Part shown: positions 11,293 to 25,060 of the stretch, piece by piece
Layout: the number at the start of each line of letters is the position of its first letter
Numbering within the stretch: the stretch's first letter is position 1
Origin: Mizuhopecten yessoensis
Taxonomy: Eukaryota
Assembly: GCF_002113885.1 (NCBI RefSeq)
Contig: NW_018408856.1
Coordinates: forward strand, 506,247-570,245
Reading direction: 5' to 3'
Length of the DNA: 63,999 nucleotides
Position numbers and translations under genes: made by a program
The notes under the pieces: model-generated
Told to the model about the DNA's origin: nothing
Seen by the model: the letters and a program-made list of their open reading frames with translations, nothing else
Database searches by the model: none

Positions 11293-14200
11293 ATGATGGC
11301 AAGTCAATCCTGTGTAAAACAAAACTTCAAAGTGCCAGTTGGTCATATAATTATTTGTGGGAAATGGCGAGGTTCTGATCTTTCGTCTGTCCTTCAAGGT
11401 AAATGTCAAAACAAAATCCAGACAATAGAATAATGCCTTACTAACGTCAAAGTACAATACTTTGTGAGTTTCTGGAATATTGGCACATCTTGGTGCGATA
11501 ACGTAACTTTCAGACGCCGAGAGATTTTTTTTTTATATATGGCCGGGGCAGAGGAGGCCGGGTATTAATATTAGTACTACTTGGAATCTGATCTAATGAC
11601 ACTTCAAATGTTTCTATGTTAAAAGAACAGGATTTAACCAACGTAGTTTCCGTTGTTATATTGATTGTTTGGTTTATTGAGTTCATGTGGTCTTATATCA
11701 GCCTGTCTTGATTTTTATATGTGTATTGTCTTGACACTTTGATGAGGCTAGTATCAGGTCCAGAACACTCTGCCGATTGAGCTATATAGCTATAAAGACC
11801 TATATAGCTATATACACCTATTAATTATAGCTGTATTGAGCTATATTTTCTCAGATTTCAAATTTCATTAAATTAAAGCAAAGTCGCATAAAACAATAAG
11901 GTTTATGGTAATGTTGACTACAAAGAGCATACAGTTAGATGTTTATTTTCATTTTTCATAAATGTAAAATTTCCGATTTTTTTACATCATTATTTTTTAA
12001 AAAGAATACTTATATTTAATGTCTTTTGTTATCAACCTAATGATACAATCTTCTTTTAAAAGCGACTTTGTTTCGTTTTCTTTAAAAAAAGAAAATCACT
12101 TGAAAATAGCTCAAAAGACCTATTTCAGATAGGTCAATAGAGCTATAATAGGTCTTTACAGCTATATAGCTCAATCGGCAGAGTGTACTGGACCTGTATA
12201 TTGCATTGCAATAAATGAATAATCATATATTTAAGTCTGTAAGAATAAGTATAATTTCGTAGAGACTCATGGACAATCGTGTAGCTTAACATGACAGTAT
12301 ATATGTTTTACATTATTGTCGAACATAGTGTTCACTGTATTATGTATTAAGAAATTACTAATATCTACATTTTCATGACATATTTGGTTGAATAAGAACT
12401 GGGTTAAAATCTAGCTTTTTTCTAATAAAATGCTTATTTTATTTCCATAGAAGGTGTACAAGTTTTATATGAAGATGACCTTGGGTTGATTGACTTTTAC
12501 CCGTCCGGGAACATGGGTGTTGTGTACCTTCAAGAGGCTGATCTTGTTGCCAGTGGTACCTACAAGAGGAAGTTAGCCAAGCTGAGAAAGGTCTATCCTG
12601 CTACATCTAAGTCTGTGATCTAAGAATCATTTTCATTCTGAATTATGAGTCATTGTTGAAAAGGAGAGTTGTATATAGAAAAAATATATAATCCTGCTTA
12701 CTAATCTTATATTATATTAAATAAAATATTGAATTTTTAAAATAATTATTGCATATAATACAGTTTTCAGTTTCAAAGAATGTTGTCACAATCTGTATTT
12801 TTAAAGAATTGAAGTTTGGAACAGTGCAACCTTTCTATAATGCCCCTATTCTCAATAGCCACATTGTTTATAGCCATTGTGTTTCAGGGTCTCCATTTGG
12901 TCATCAAATTATTTTTTCTGGAACAAAACTCTATGAAAACTTTGTATCCTTGAATTTTATTTCACACATTTTTACCAAATAAAGCATGTAAATTATGAGT
13001 TGTGATGCTTATCTGATTCCCCTTTGCATTAATTGCTATTTGACAATTTCATCTCTTTGACAGGCCAACAAAGTCTGTGTGCTAGTGATGGCTGAACGGA
13101 CCACAACCAGTCAACAGTACTACTCCCCACTACAGAACTTTTGTATGCTGGAGCTCGGCTTCTCCCTGCTGCCTGTCCCCAGTCAGAGGGAGGCTGCTAG
13201 TCTGCTGATACAAATGGTAGGTATTAAGACATCTAATGTCCATTCCTCAGGTCAGAGGTAGAGGTTGAAGCTCATACAAATAGTAATGCCAAGTAAAATG
13301 GTAGTTGTATTTACCTTTTCCTATGACTGTTCCTATTTAGGTATTAACTCTGACCCTAAAACATTAATATTTGGTAAAATATTTTTTCCAAAATTTTTGA
13401 TAGAATTGTAGGTATGTTTTGTAACTAACTTCAGTATTGCTACAATATTTGACCAGACTTAACAAAATCATTTTCTCATATCTATGGGGTAATTCAACGG
13501 ATAGAATTGCTAGAAAACAAATAATTCAAAGTAAGGAGGAGGGTGGTTTGGACATGCTTCATTTAGAATCGTTTTTAAAATCCTTAAAACTTGGGTGGAT
13601 AAGAAGATTTATGAAAAGTCAAGCATATACATGGGCATATGTCCTGTTAGAGGATCATAATCATGAAGTAGAACTCCATTTGTCCAATGCGGGTGACCAA
13701 TTCTTTAAAATGATGTCAAAAAGAACAAGTAATTTATTTTGGAAGGAAATTTTCCATATGTTAGCGGAAATAAAAAAAATCTTTCATCCTCAGGATAAGT
13801 ATATATTGACAGAGCCATTGTGGTTCAACTCTCTCTTTACCATTGACAAAAAAACAGTTTATTGGAGGGATTGGTATGAGAGAGCCATAATAACCGTCCA
13901 AGATATGATGGACAAAAATGGAGACATTTTCTCTTATCATGACTTTTGCCAGTTTTATCAGTTTCAACCCCCATTCACTTCATTTGAAGGATTAAAGAAG
14001 GCTTTAGTCAAATCTTTCCCTAGTTTGAAAGAGAAGACCAATGTGACTGATACCCCCACTTTTCCATATTTCCTGGAAAGCATAGTCTCCGACAGGCCTG
14101 GAAAAAGAGTAATATATAAAACTTTAATTCAAGCATATGGGTCAACAATTAACTATTCATACAAGTTAAAATGGGCATGTGATCTGGGACTAGAAGATGA

Positions 14201-17200
14201 TGAGTATTGGTGGAAGAAAACTCACAAAGAGATTTTTAAACAAACAAATGATACAAAACTACGATGGCTGCAATATCGTCTGGTCCATCGAATTTTACCA
14301 ACCAATATTTTTCTATTCAGAATTAAGGCGGTGGATTCTCCGCTATGTACATTCTGTAGGGAAGAAAAAGAAACCTATATACATTTATTTTATGAATGTT
14401 CAAGGATAATCAAGCTTCGAAAGGAGTTAGAGAAGTGGTTTCTCGATAAAACCATGTTCAACTTTAGTATATCGCCAATATCGATACTGCTAGGGCTTCA
14501 TGGTCGCCATAATGGTATGATTAATATGATGTCGCTGCTGTTTAAGCAATATGTCTATCACTGTAGAATTAAGAAAATTTATGTGTGTTTTGAAGTCTTA
14601 AAATCACACATATGTCAATACTATGAGGTAGAAAAGATTGTGTATAAATCAAGAAATGAATACACAAAATTCCTTACAAGGTGGGGAGGATGGCATGCTT
14701 TATCCGAAAGGGAGGAACAAAGTAAAATATAAACAAAGTCTTTGTCGGTATGGTAATGAATATTGCACTGATGATGGAAATTGGTCTTGCTGTATGTCTA
14801 TTCGTCTAAGTGTACTTATCTATAGCAAAAGCTAAGCTAAAAATTAAATTTAATATGGGCGCTGCTAAAAAAACTTGGAAGAAACTAGGTGAACAAATTG
14901 CTTCAAAATGAACTTGCATATTTTATTCTGAAACTATTGTGTTTAGATCCAACTAAATCACCGATGAAGGTGGAGGTATGTGAGGGCATGTTAATAAATA
15001 TGTATATTTAAGAGAGAAAAAATCGGTGCAGAGTGTAATTTCTGATGTTCCCAAATTTAGCAGTGCGCATGTTAAACTCAAGCATGTATATAATCCTATG
15101 GGTATTGTAATGTAATGAATTGTTATGTAATGTCATGTTTTGTCTCTGGTCTTAATGTAATTGTTCACATGAAAATCAATAAAAAAATTGAAATGTAAAA
15201 AAAAAAAAACCTTCAGTATTGCTGACAGCAACATGTATAGAGACAACACCAGTGTAGCATCAAGGAGGCACACTAGTCTAGTGGTAGGACACCATACTCT
15301 TGACTGAAGGGTTGCGGGTTTGAGTCGCTTGTTCCTGTTGACACAGCTGTAAATGAGTACACGGCTGGGCAGTGCTAGAATTGTTGAATGCTAGCTGTGA
15401 GCATCGAAATGGCAGCACAGACTGTATGCTCCCCAGGGAGATGAGAAAGATATTGGCTGGTTGCAAAGGCCCTATAACCACGGATAATAATTTGTGAACC
15501 GCTTTGAGACGACCTACGAACTAGGTTATGATAAAGCGGTATACAAGAATATCAGAGAAAGTGTTTTTCTCCTGCCCACACAACTCCAACAACCCAGGTG
15601 GAGTATAAAATGGTCTGGGGTGGATGTTGCGGTATCTGTGATGTAGCATTTAAGTGAGGTGGCACTATAAAAGATGCCGTTGGAAGCACGGTCCCACTAC
15701 AAACAGAACACAATACATCTCCAGCACACACGCAGGCATACACCCATAGGGAGATATTAGCCAGGTGGCATAGGACTAGTAGTTAGCGCCTGATAAGGCA
15801 GCTCCTGCAAATTCCTCAAAAATTGTATATCTTAATTGTATTAATTGTATATATATATGTACTGTAAAGCGCTTTAGAGTGGCTTATGTTAGCTAGATAG
15901 GGCGCCATATCAAATGTTGTATATTATTATTATTATTAAAGTAAATTAAATTCAAAAAGAATTATTAAGGTGTGGTTGACGTTTTCCTGATTGCAACAAG
16001 ATGAGGTGTGTTTACAGATTTAGTACAAACACACTTTATTGTGATTTCGTGGGTATTGCGAACAGATTCAGATTTCCCTACTCATCTCCCTCTTACTTCT
16101 ATGTAAATATATGATCACATTGGGAATTTTCACATCGCGAATTATTCTCTGTTATGACGTAAATCAGCTGTCCCCCTATGAGTTTTGAGTGCTTCATTGT
16201 AATGCTTTTAGGTACATTGTGAGGGAAAACCTGCAGATATGAATCCTTTCTGTAAGAAGAAGAAAAATGTCCCTCTGGATCCTGCCATCCTCACCACTCT
16301 ACAATGTGTTCCAAAGCTTGGAGAAGTCAAGGCCAAACTTCTACTTCAAACGTTCAAAAGTTAGTATTGAGCAACAAATAATACGGTAATTGTATCTCCC
16401 AAGAGTTTCGATTTTGTAGAGATTTCTGAAACAAGTCTAATTATGATTTCATTTTAGCACACCTGACAAGTTTCATTTATCTCATTCAAAAGAAACCCAT
16501 ATAAGATCTTTTTCATATTAACTATTTTCGCAACTACTGTAATGTATATAAGATAAATGGTGCATCAAAACCAACATGATATTAACCAAAATGAGACATT
16601 AAGTGACATGATATTAGGTTGAAAGTACTGTGTTGGGAAAAATATGACTTTTCAGGGCGTCCTTAAAAGTTGAAACCACTGCACAATGGCTGAAACAATC
16701 AAATAGTAATTTTTTTTTCAGTCAAAATACAAAAGAAAATCTTTCCTAATTTCTGCTTCATTATATCCTAATTTCTACTTCACCATATCTACAACTGTTT
16801 GAAAGTGTTTATAAATTATATGTGCATTGTACGTCTGCCATGATAATACTGTTTAACATAATGTTGTAACCTTTTTAGATATTCAGAGCATTTCAGCTGC
16901 ATCTGTTGAGGTAAGTGTAGAAAATTGTTTATGTCTGATTAGGATATGATTTGGAGGTGAAAGTCACTAAAGTAAAAAGGTAGAAAAATGTGTTGTTTTG
17001 CAATATATTTTTTCAAATGTTACAGAGAGTCAGAATTTCTGACTTTAACTCTGTTTGTTCAAATAGGGTAGAAATTTTAGTCTATGGTAAAAGGAAAGTG
17101 AAAATAAGGTTTTACCTCACAAATGCACCTGTCAATATAAAGGTACTGAAACATTTTTGAAAGAGATTAATATGTACTCTTAACTCACCCCCCCCTGAAA

Positions 17201-17493
17201 TTTCCTAATGAACTATTCCAACCTTTGAATTTGAAGAGTTCAAATGTGTCTTCAGAGGTGAATGAGTTAAACTTAATTCTGGATCTACAATTCAGTTAAG
17301 GGCCCCATGTGTGCCTAAATCTATAAAATCAAAACTTTGATAGCTTTTCATTTTAAAAGACCTTGACAGACTGTTTTCAATTTAGTAGCAAAGTCATGAG
17401 TATTTTCTTTTTGTCTGATAGGAGTTGACTGCTGTCATTGGAAAGGCAAATGCTGCACAAGTAAAGACATTTTTTTCGGAAGGTGTTACTTGA
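11293..17493 (+). CDS. FAAP24: Fanconi anemia core complex-associated protein 24 (216 aa, 6 exons)
   Basis: Exons 11293-11398, 12451-12590, 13064-13216, 16212-16359, 16879-16910, 17422-17493 (651 nt, GT-AG, phases consistent). Translation VPVGHIIICGKWRGSDL..YEDDLGLIDFY..VYLQEADLVA..QYYSPLQNFCMLELGFSLLPVPSQREAASLLIQMV..NPF..LQCVPKLGEVKAKLLLQTF..ISAASVEELTAVIG follows the ERCC4-like + (HhH)2 architecture and the recalled human FAAP24 motifs (VPLGHIV..KWRGSQL, EADLVAG, LLPVASQMEA, IPGVGKVKAPLLLQ). Confidence 0.95.
11755..12196. mobile_element. MITE with ~50-bp TIRs in FAAP24 intron 1
   Basis: CAGGTCCAGAACACTCTGCCGATTGAGCTATATAGCT.. and its reverse complement at 12150-12196; flanked by TAT on both sides. 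Confidence 0.85.
13442..15210 (+). mobile_element. 5'-truncated non-LTR retrotransposon (L1/Tx1 clade) in FAAP24 intron 3
   Basis: Stop-free ~430-codon ORF2 C-terminus (FSYLWG..RIARK..KEEGGL; zf-RVT CTFCREEKETYIHLFYEC), 3' UTR, AATAAA ~15178, poly(A) 15197-15209. 13-bp TSD CTTCAGTATTGCT at 13429-13441 and 15211-15223. Confidence 0.92.
15263..15550 (+). mobile_element. SINE with Nin/Deu-like central domain
   Basis: tRNA-like head TAGTCTAGTGGTAGG..GGGTTTGAGTC, GTAAATGAGTAC, CTGTATGCTCCCCAGGGAG, L2-like tail GTGAACCGCTTTGAG. Confidence 0.55.
15590..15918 (+). mobile_element. SINE/L2-type 3' end with (ATT)n tail; inverted second copy at 42983-43210
   Basis: ~220 bp is closely similar to the reverse complement of 42983-43210; ends GTAAAGCGCTTTAGAG..TATCAAAT..(ATT)n. 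Confidence 0.7.
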
Positions 17494-17814
17494 AAAGATC
17501 CTGAGCAAAATCTACCACAAATCCCTCAACAAAGAAGTGCTACATATGAACTACCCAGCAGGGTGGTCATCCACCATATCTGTCCAGCTCATCGCCCGAC
17601 AGCTGTATGAATAGTTTGATAGTCAGTCGGTGTAATGTTCAGACATGTTGTTCTGTTACTGATGAACACCATCTTGTGACTAAACGAAGCCAGTGGTGCA
17701 GGCTGCTGGTAGATGTTACCCATCCACGATACTCCAGGGCTTACACTCACTAAGGCTGCTGGTAGATGTTACCCATCCACGATACTCCAGGGCTTACACT
17801 CACTTGCGCTCCCT

Positions 17815-18056
17815 GGTCTGGTTGCTCAGTGGTGGACACACACTCCTTTTACGCAGGAGGCAGTGGTTTGATTCCCTGATCAGACTTGGAAAAGTTATGG
17901 TGTCACCTGCCCAACCACATGGGTTTTCTCCGGGTATCCCAATTTCTCTCACATTAAGACCTCCCATGTGTTAACGTCCAGGCCAATAGGAATTATTAAT
18001 ATAAGTTGAAATAATTTGTTTCAGTATTGTGGAAAAGAAATAAAGGTTATTTTATA
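17815..18056 (+). mobile_element. tRNA-derived SINE (V-domain-like) in the FAAP24 3' region
   Basis: A/B boxes (GCTCAGTGG..GGTTTGATTCC), core GGGTTTTCTCCGGGTA, tail shared with 38496-38712. Confidence 0.75.
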
Positions 18057-21000
18057 CTGTTTACACCCCTGGAATATGTTGGGACAAAATTGAAGGCTCA
18101 GTGTGCGCCACCTTGTGGATGATTTGTGTGGTCATGCAAGACTGAGAAATTGTATACACATATGATTATGATTATCTATTATGTGTATGACCTGTAATAG
18201 CATCTTTTTGGAAAATAAACAAGTATAAAAGGTAATTAGAGCCGTTGTGTTCTTTTTATGGATTAACAAGATAACAAAATATATTATAGTCCAAGGGAGA
18301 TAATTAATGAGCTTACTTAATGTATCACTTCTCAATCTGACAATAGGCTTACTATATAAAAAAACGATTTTTTTCTCTAAAATTTCATATGTATGCATAC
18401 GTGAAATTAGGTTTAGTTTACAGTTGTCATTTGGAATGAGATTTATTAGTTTTGTATGAATAATGAATGCTAAGCTTGTTTTGAACACAAATAGTCATTG
18501 AAAACTTATTTTGGGAGCTTTAGAAAACGTCTCTTTCCTTTGTGAAGTAATGAGTGCAAATGACTTGTGTCTCGACTCTAAAACTGCTGAATACAACTCG
18601 TATACCCACAATGTGCAGAGTCAGTAAAGTAAGCTGTCAGAAAATATTGGGACATTTCACCAAATAACTGTACACTAATTATATAATAGTGCAGGCAATC
18701 AGAGGAATGGGTAATAGGTTTACCCATTCAACCCCTTTAAAAAGTGAGAACATCCCGTGTTATTTTACAGCTATATATAAAACTACTTGCTCCATATTCA
18801 ACCGTCATATAATTTACCGACTCGCTGTCTTTTCAGACAAGCGGTCCCTCTTGATGGCAGTAAAGCTACCCTATATAACTTTATCTTTTGTCTTTTTTGC
18901 CCTCCATACCGAGGATGGAATTTTCATTACAGCAAATATAAGTACACAACATGCAATATATATCATATAGTAATTTCATCCTTGAACACTTGGGGAAATA
19001 CATATTTTCTAATGTAAGGCAAATACATGTAGTTAACTGGGCAAACGTTTCCCTGTATACAGTAAGCTCTGCTGTACATAATAACGTAAACACTTTTTTC
19101 TGGAAATATTTTTATTTTGTTTTATAAACTTTCTTTTTGTTACAAATTGACATTAAATAGCATATTGATGTCTTTAATAATCATAAGAATTCTCAATTAT
19201 TCTATTCATAAATTGAGAAGCAAAAATAATTGTAGGCACGGACACTTGTCAACAACAATAAAAGTTGAGTGCCTTAAAATTTGTCTTGCTCAATTCACAT
19301 AAGTTTTGTACCTGAGCTTGAGCATAGTAATAAATAATCAACAAGTACAGTCAGTCAAACCTGCTCAGGAGACCACCTCTATTAAGAGACCACCTGTGTT
19401 AAGAGACCATACTTTTCATGTTAACTCTTTCACCCCTATGTAACATCAGTAAACTTGACCATGCATTGATCTGGATGAGTTCATTATGGTTTCCAGTGAT
19501 GAAAGGGTTAACTGAACCTGTATGGAGAAACCACTTGCCATATAAGATACCACTTCACCGACTCTCCGAAGGTGGTGTCTAAATAGAGATTTAACTGTGC
19601 CACACCCTCTCTCACCCCCCTTACAGATCCTCGAACAACTCTTTATAGTGACCCAACAAGCAAGTCAATGAGACAAACAAAACGTGGACTTCATTTATAG
19701 TTCCATGATCAGCTAACTTACAAAAAAGTTTTATGTATTACTGGTGTATCATCGTCTTCATTTGTGCATTCATACAACTACATTTTCAGTCGGGAATACC
19801 AGGTCTTGGGACATTCCAAGCTATATAGATAACTGGGGCTATTCTGACACATGTATCTAAGGGCAGTTTCAATGAATCCAGGTATCTTTGGGGAATTTCT
19901 CCATAAAAATGCACCTTAGATATTTAGGGTATCAGGTATTTTGATACACATTCCGGTATCTAGATCTAAGGCAATTCAAACATATCTAGATCACTAGGGT
20001 GCATTCTAGCTAAGATATCTGTGATTATTTCAACACAGCTTGATATTGGGGAAATTCCAATATACATAGATATGTGATTATTTCAGCACAGCTATTTATT
20101 TGGGGATATTCTAGTCTAAGATATCTAGAGGCATTCCAATATACATCGATATCTGTGATTATTCCAACACAGCTAGACATCTGGGGACATTCTAGTCTAA
20201 GTTATCTACACTATATCTAGGTATCGGAGTATTCTAGCCTAAAATAACCAGGAGAAGTCCACCAAAATATAAAATTCAGATACCCATCACTATTGTTGCA
20301 CACTTCACTGTCTGCCATTATTATTACAACATACCTAGATATCATGGATTATCCAAGCATCACTGGCAGCTACAAGTACAGTACCTAAACAACCTTTACA
20401 ACGTCATCTAGATGTCTACCTTAGTAAGGCTGTTACACAAATCTAGATAAATATCAACACATGATAAAATTATCTACTTAATCAAAATCTAATGGAATTA
20501 AAACTAGTTGATCCAATATAATAATATAAACAAAAATGTCTTTTTTTTTTTTTTTTTTTTTAATGCAAATTTGCAATACTTTTAAGAACTTGTGTAATGA
20601 ATGTTGCTTTTATAAAGCTGATGAGTATGGAGTATGGAAATACTTTATTGGGACAAAAAAAATCTAGAAGGAAAAAAATATATATGAATATCTCTACACA
20701 CATCTAATGGGTTTTCAAATGTATCAAGTTGGTGCTTATATTACCATATTTATCCGGTAATAAGCCCATGTCTGCTAATTAGCCCGCCCATATCTATTAC
20801 AGTTTAGTAGAAATACCAACAAACAATATTTCTTTGCTCTGTAAATTAATAAGTCCACCTCATGCTTTGAGTAAGAGATTATGTGCCACCTGGGCTTATT
20901 GCAGGATTAATATGGTAAGTAAAAACTTGATGCAAAATTCCTTCTGTTAATCCTTCTGCATGTTTGAACTCTCATTCTTTACCAATTTTACATTTTAAAT

Positions 21001-21908
21001 ACAAAAAGTTTTAAATGTCATGAAAGATTGAAAATTGGCAAATTTTGTTAAAAAATCTTAAATTGTAAGAAATGACATGAAAAAAAAAGAAGTTTCAACA
21101 GTTTTAAGGTCATTTAATAAATTACCATTTTTGTTGGAGATTTTAACGAATATGATTTCATATAAGGAAATGATTCACCCTTTTCTACCGAGCCTACCCT
21201 GGTGTAAGTCAATTTTCAGGATAATAATTATGACTAATCCCTCATTTGATTTCCTTTCTAAGGGCTTCACCCCCTGGACTTAAGCGAGGTAAAATACAGC
21301 TAATGCTACTTTTAAACTTGGGTCCAATACTGTTAACGTACTAATTTTAGTGCACTGAAATTTTAGCGCATTATCAAATTTCAAACAGATTAGTGCATTC
21401 ATGAATTGGTTCACCCCATAAACATGCCATAGAAAACAATATACTGAAACTTCAACTGGCGCATTTATAATTTAGCCCAGGAAATTAAAACCACTAAAAT
21501 AAGGCCACCACTAAAATGTGTACGCTTACAGTATAGAGTAGGTTTGACCCACAGATTTGAAAGCAGTTTTATAGCCATACAGGAATATTTGAATTGTCTA
21601 TATTAAGTTCAATATCATTGAAAAAAAATCTTAACAGTAGTTGCCATCTTTTTCATCATTACAGCAGTCATTTATGATAGAGAATATGTACAGACAACCC
21701 TGAAATGATCTTAAACCATTTCACACCTATACTATATTAGTAGACTCTACCAGGCATTCATCTGGATGAGTTCATTATGGTCTACAGCATTGAAAGGGTT
21801 CAGTGATCGATCAAAACATTTTTTACAACTTTTCACTTTGTGATAGGAAAAAAAACCTAAAAATTGATCTGTATAACTACATGTACCCATTAGGGGTCCT
21901 ACATACAT

Positions 21909-22117
21909 TTGCAGAAATAGGAATCAACAAAGTAGTTTCATATTGCAGAAATGGGAAACTACAAAATAGTTTCACATTGCAGAAATGGGAATCTACAAAG
22001 TAGTTTCACATTGCAGAAATGGGAATCTACAAAGTAGTTTCACATTACAGAAATAGGAATATAGGAATCTACAAAGTAGTTTCACATTGCAGAAATGGGA
22101 ATATAAAAAGTAGTTTC
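21909..22117. repeat. ~34-bp minisatellite (~6 copies)
   Basis: Unit TTGCAGAAATGGGAATCTACAAAGTAGTTTCACA. Confidence 0.85.
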
Positions 22118-24533
22118 TCTCGACACTGTTTGGCACAAATGATTGAAACCTCAACTTGTACCCCATTTTCACTACTATCCTTTGCAGACCTTAATTTCTC
22201 TCAATAAATTAGCAAAATTTTATAATAATTTAACTGAATAACAAGAGGCCAAGCGGGCCTGTACAAACAGGTGAAACAAGAAGGTACCATGATTCAGATT
22301 ATATTTTGAGACCACGTCCAAGGGAAAACCAAACATCCAATTTTTTGTTTGATCACTTAGTTCACATAGCATTAGAACAACCTAGTTAGTTAAAATTTCC
22401 AAAAAGGACTGAGTCACGTGATCATGACAGTACTATGGGAATTTGTTTCAAAAGATATCCGAGTACAGTTACAGCAAGAAAGTACAAAAATCTGCAGCGA
22501 AAGAAAACTATATAAATAATTGAAATAGATACTGTATGCATGGTAAAACAATAAGGATAATTTAAATACCAGACACATTATTACAGAGTAACATAATGAA
22601 TACAAGTGACCACCTGATATTGATGATCATCAAAGGAACTGACATGTTTATAGCAAAAATAGGTCACACATTTTTCGAGTTGGGTCTAAACTGTCTTTTT
22701 GATCTGTGATTCAAACAAGTCCTGCTTGTTCTAATCAGAAAGTGAAACTGTTAAGGATATATGCTACCTTACACATTAATAAAGCATTATCTCCCCTGGC
22801 TTTATAAAAGATTTCTCTAATCATCAATAACTACTTACATGTTATCAATAGGTGCATTCTTGAGTACCTTTCAAATGCATCATCAATTCTCGTGTACCTT
22901 TTAAATGTGTCATGAATTCCAGTGTACCTTTTACCTTTACAAGTTTTTTGGTGTGAAAACCTTTTGAAGAGATGCAAATCCATGAAATGAACATTGTAGC
23001 ATACAGCTTTAAGTTCCAACTAACTAATTAATTTTCCTTCATTTGAGACTGATGTTCCCAAATAACATTGATCTTTGGTTTACAACAAATATGATCAACT
23101 GAAATATATTGTCTCTTCTATTTTTCTTCCATGATTTAAATAATGATATCAAAAGATCATTTTTTATGCAAATCACCAAAAATGACCATAATAAAGCAAA
23201 TTTGAATTGTACATTTGGTAAGGAAGGGTGAATGATTATTTTCTTTACAAATAATAGGCTATTTGACTAAATAGGTATATGCAAATGTGCTATCTGAATT
23301 ACGTCAGATATGATCAAGTTGCTAGTTAGATTCTGTGGGGATATATCAAATTCCTGAAATCAAGGTACATGTTATGAATTTTCACATAATGACCAAACAT
23401 ACTGTCACATTTGATGATGAGTGTGTGATCTTAGACAGGTAAGATTACAGGTACATGTAGAAACAGGAAACACACCTGTATTTGTGTATTTACTACAAAT
23501 TACACATTACTATATGTCATGATACCTCATAAATCTGAACTTCCCAAAATTGGGATTTTTTTCCAATGGTAACAAAATTTTAATGGGAGACAAACCATAG
23601 TTCTATTAAATTTAATCCAGAAAATGAGTTTCAGTATATCAGCCATTTGTTCGGACACAAAGCGTAATGATAAAAAAGATATATAAATAGGTTTATGATA
23701 CAATGTGTATGGTTTAACAGGTTCATATCTATCTATGTCTTTAAAAGTTTAAAATGAAAATTCCCCAAAGCGAAGATGAAGTTTACAGAATTATACCATT
23801 GGGTATTCAATACCCAACACTTCGTAACTGGATCGAGTAAACATATAGACAATATAGACCATACAGTAAAACCTTGATATAATGCCCCTCCTTTATTTGC
23901 CATTTCACTTACTGCCAGCACATTTCAATGTACCCTTTTCCATTTGCCTTAACTACTTTTTGTACATACTTCCTCAATGTATAATCAAAATCCCTTTATA
24001 ATGCCATAACTATTCATAATGCCAATTCAAATTGGCAGCATAATAAGGCTTTATTGTATGGCGATTTCAATCCTGATTTTTTCCCCCTCTTATCCCTTTC
24101 ACCCCTGTGTAACTTTAGTAGACTCTACCATGCATTGATCTGGAAGAGACCATTATACTGTCGTACCTATATTAGATACAGACAATATGCATCAAATCTA
24201 AATTGGCTTTTTGATCATACCAACATTTCAAAATTCCTTACACTGAGAATAGAGATATATAAAGTATAATCAAATGTGGAAATTCATCAACGTATATATA
24301 CTACCATTACATCTGAACAAATTTCATTTTTGACATGCATTTAAAATTCAGTCATTAAAAAAAAGGATAAATCAATGTAAAATTACAACTAATCAATCAA
24401 ATATACACACATATCGTAAAAGCACACCATTAAAATATCTCTTATTCGGTAAAGCACTCTTCCTCTTAAAACTGTAGAATCATTCACATTTCAAAGAAAA
24501 AATACCATGCAATTTCCTTATAACTTGGATATA

Positions 24534-24682
24534 CAGTGAAACCTGTCTAATCTGACCCTTTAGTATTCTGACATCTTGTCTAATCTAACCTAATGTTGTA
24601 ATCCCATTGCTAATCCAATCAGAGCTGTGTATTCTACCATTATGTCAGGTCCCACAGGGTGTCAGTTTAGACAGGCTTCACT
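24534..24682. mobile_element. TA-flanked CAGTGAAACCTG MITE (Tc1/mariner-like; relatives ~2000-2160, 2159-2612, 19351-19598, 33478-33643)
   Basis: TA|CAGTGAAACCTGTCTAATCTGAC...GTCAGTTTAGACAGGCTTCACTA. Confidence 0.65.
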
Positions 24683-24844
24683 ATTAATATATACCTATCT
24701 ACTGTGAAGATGAACGAGCCTTGAGTTACTCGCAAAGTCCTCTTCAATCCAGAAATTAACCAGAAATATCACTTTACAAGCAACCCAGAGTTTTGCAAAA
24801 CTTCTCTTTGTTAATGTTGACATCCAGAGTTGATCAAATAAGCA

Positions 24845-25060
24845 CCCGTGTTTTATGTTCTATTAACAGTAATGGTCATTTAAGAACGCGTCATGCAGAT
24901 ATTGGGGGTGGAGGAAAACCAGCGTGCTCTGATAAAAACCCAACCAACCTGCAGCTAGTACCTGGCGACTGCCCCACGTAGGCCTAAAACCCACAACCCA
25001 GAGGTGGAGGGCTAGTGATTGTAGACGGTCAGATGCCGTGACCACTCAGTCACCGTGGCG
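24845..25060 (-). mobile_element. tRNA-derived SINE
   Basis: Minus strand GGTGACTGAGTGGTCACGGC..GGTTTTCCTCCACC..TTAAATGACC..TGTTAATAGAAC. Confidence 0.6.

Noticed and set aside
13437-14732. Stand-alone 431-aa host gene
   Set aside because: It is the truncated ORF2 of a LINE; the TTG 'start' lies in the target-site duplication.
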